From IMG/VR virus record IMGVR_UViG_3300017766_001853, positions 1 to 35,404 of that record: 35,404 nucleotides of DNA; one strand, given 5' to 3'. The position numbers and the translations under genes were made by a program. The notes under the pieces are model-generated. The model was not told the DNA's origin. It saw only the letters and a list, made by a program, of their open reading frames with translations, and searched no databases. This DNA comes from a virus (Duplodnaviria; Caudoviricetes). Below, piece after piece: positions 34,690-35,404 of the stretch (position 1 is the stretch's first letter; each line of letters begins with the position of its first letter).

Positions 34690-35404
34690 ATGGGTTCCGC
34701 ACTCAGCACGTTCACTGACTTCATTGCGTCAACAGGCCCGTCGTACCTTACGTCGGCGGACATGTTGATCAACGAAGTTCAGAAGAACTCGTACATTATG
34801 CGCCGCTTCCTCAAGGGAGCGGACAAATCCTTCGTCCTTCAGGGCGGCGCAACCATCAAGGATGCGCTGATCCTCGACGAAAACAGCACCTTCCAACAGT
34901 ATCAACCGAACGACGTGTTCACCTGGCAAAACCCCCAGGTCACCACGACGATGTCGGTGAACTGGCGATTCTCGGTTGACCACATGTCGTGGACCGACCA
35001 GGAAATCGAGCTCAACACCGGCGGCGGTGCGAGCAACGAGGCCCTGCGCGGCATCTACAAGCGTCTCAAGAAGGAAAAAGAGATGCGCATGTGGACCAGC
35101 ATGATCAACGGCTGGGAAGACCTGCTCTGGCGCCTGCCGAAGGCGTCGGAGATGGAAGCCGCTGGCGGCCTCTATCCGTACTCGATCCCGGCGCTGATCA
35201 ACGAGAAGCCCAACGGCTTGTTCGACCACACTGGCGGCGAGGCGTTCACCACTGTCCACGACATCAACCCGTCGACCAAGACTCGTTGGAAGCCGCAAAC
35301 CCAGACCTTCACGGGTGGCACGGACTACATCAACGCCGCCACGCCGCGCTCGAACATCATGGGTGCCTTCGACCAGATGTTCTACAAGGTCAAGTTTGAA
35401 GCGC
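34690..35404 (+). CDS. Major capsid protein, 3'-truncated (absent from ORF track)
   Basis: ATG 34690 opens a frame with no stop to the window end: MGSALSTFTDFIASTGPSYLTSADMLINEVQKNSYIMRRFLKG...QGGATIKD...VNWRFSVDHMSW. Strong C/G-ending codon bias and position after the scaffold. Confidence 0.85.
   Translation, partial: MGSALSTFTDFIASTGPSYLTSADMLINEVQKNSYIMRRFLKGADKSFVLQGGATIKDALILDENSTFQQYQPNDVFTWQNPQVTTTMSVNWRFSVDHMSWTDQEIELNTGGGASNEALRGIYKRLKKEKEMRMWTSMINGWEDLLWRLPKASEMEAAGGLYPYSIPALINEKPNGLFDHTGGEAFTTVHDINPSTKTRWKPQTQTFTGGTDYINAATPRSNIMGAFDQMFYKVKFEA

Noticed and set aside
34989-35399. 136-aa plus-strand ORF in the track
   Set aside because: Out-of-frame shadow of the capsid gene that starts at 34690.
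1-35404. Diversity-generating retroelement, intron/intein or alternative genetic code
   Set aside because: I saw no reverse transcriptase or template/variable repeat pair; DnaB and TerL are uninterrupted; all three stop codons end genes with tight packing.

Overview
Most of a tailed dsDNA phage genome with podovirus-like gene order, apparently linearised inside the structural module: the window opens in a tail gene and closes in the major capsid gene. Order: tail and fibre genes (<1-4242); three probable ejection proteins, ending in a 3361-aa polyvalent protein (HExxH zincin-like, ddrB/ParB-like and LPD38-like regions); small membrane and basic proteins; a replication/recombination block (PD-(D/E)XK nuclease, DnaB, YqaJ-like exonuclease, Rad52-like annealase); an accessory operon led by a MoxR-type AAA ATPase and a vWA protein; a long non-coding region; then TerS candidate, TerL, portal, scaffold and capsid. 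I recognised no integrase, polymerase, primase, endolysin, tRNA or CRISPR array. The two strongest unannotated signals are: (1) a ~117-nt minus-strand small RNA (18624-18740) with its own promoter, terminator and three hairpins sharing one loop, complementary in three colinear blocks to the translation-initiation region of the AAA-vWA operon 5.6 kb away; (2) a lambda-type G_GGA_AAG -1 frameshift site with a 3' hairpin at the end of the first ejection gene, whose shifted frame fills the intergenic gap. Family names come from motif recognition by eye, not from database searches.
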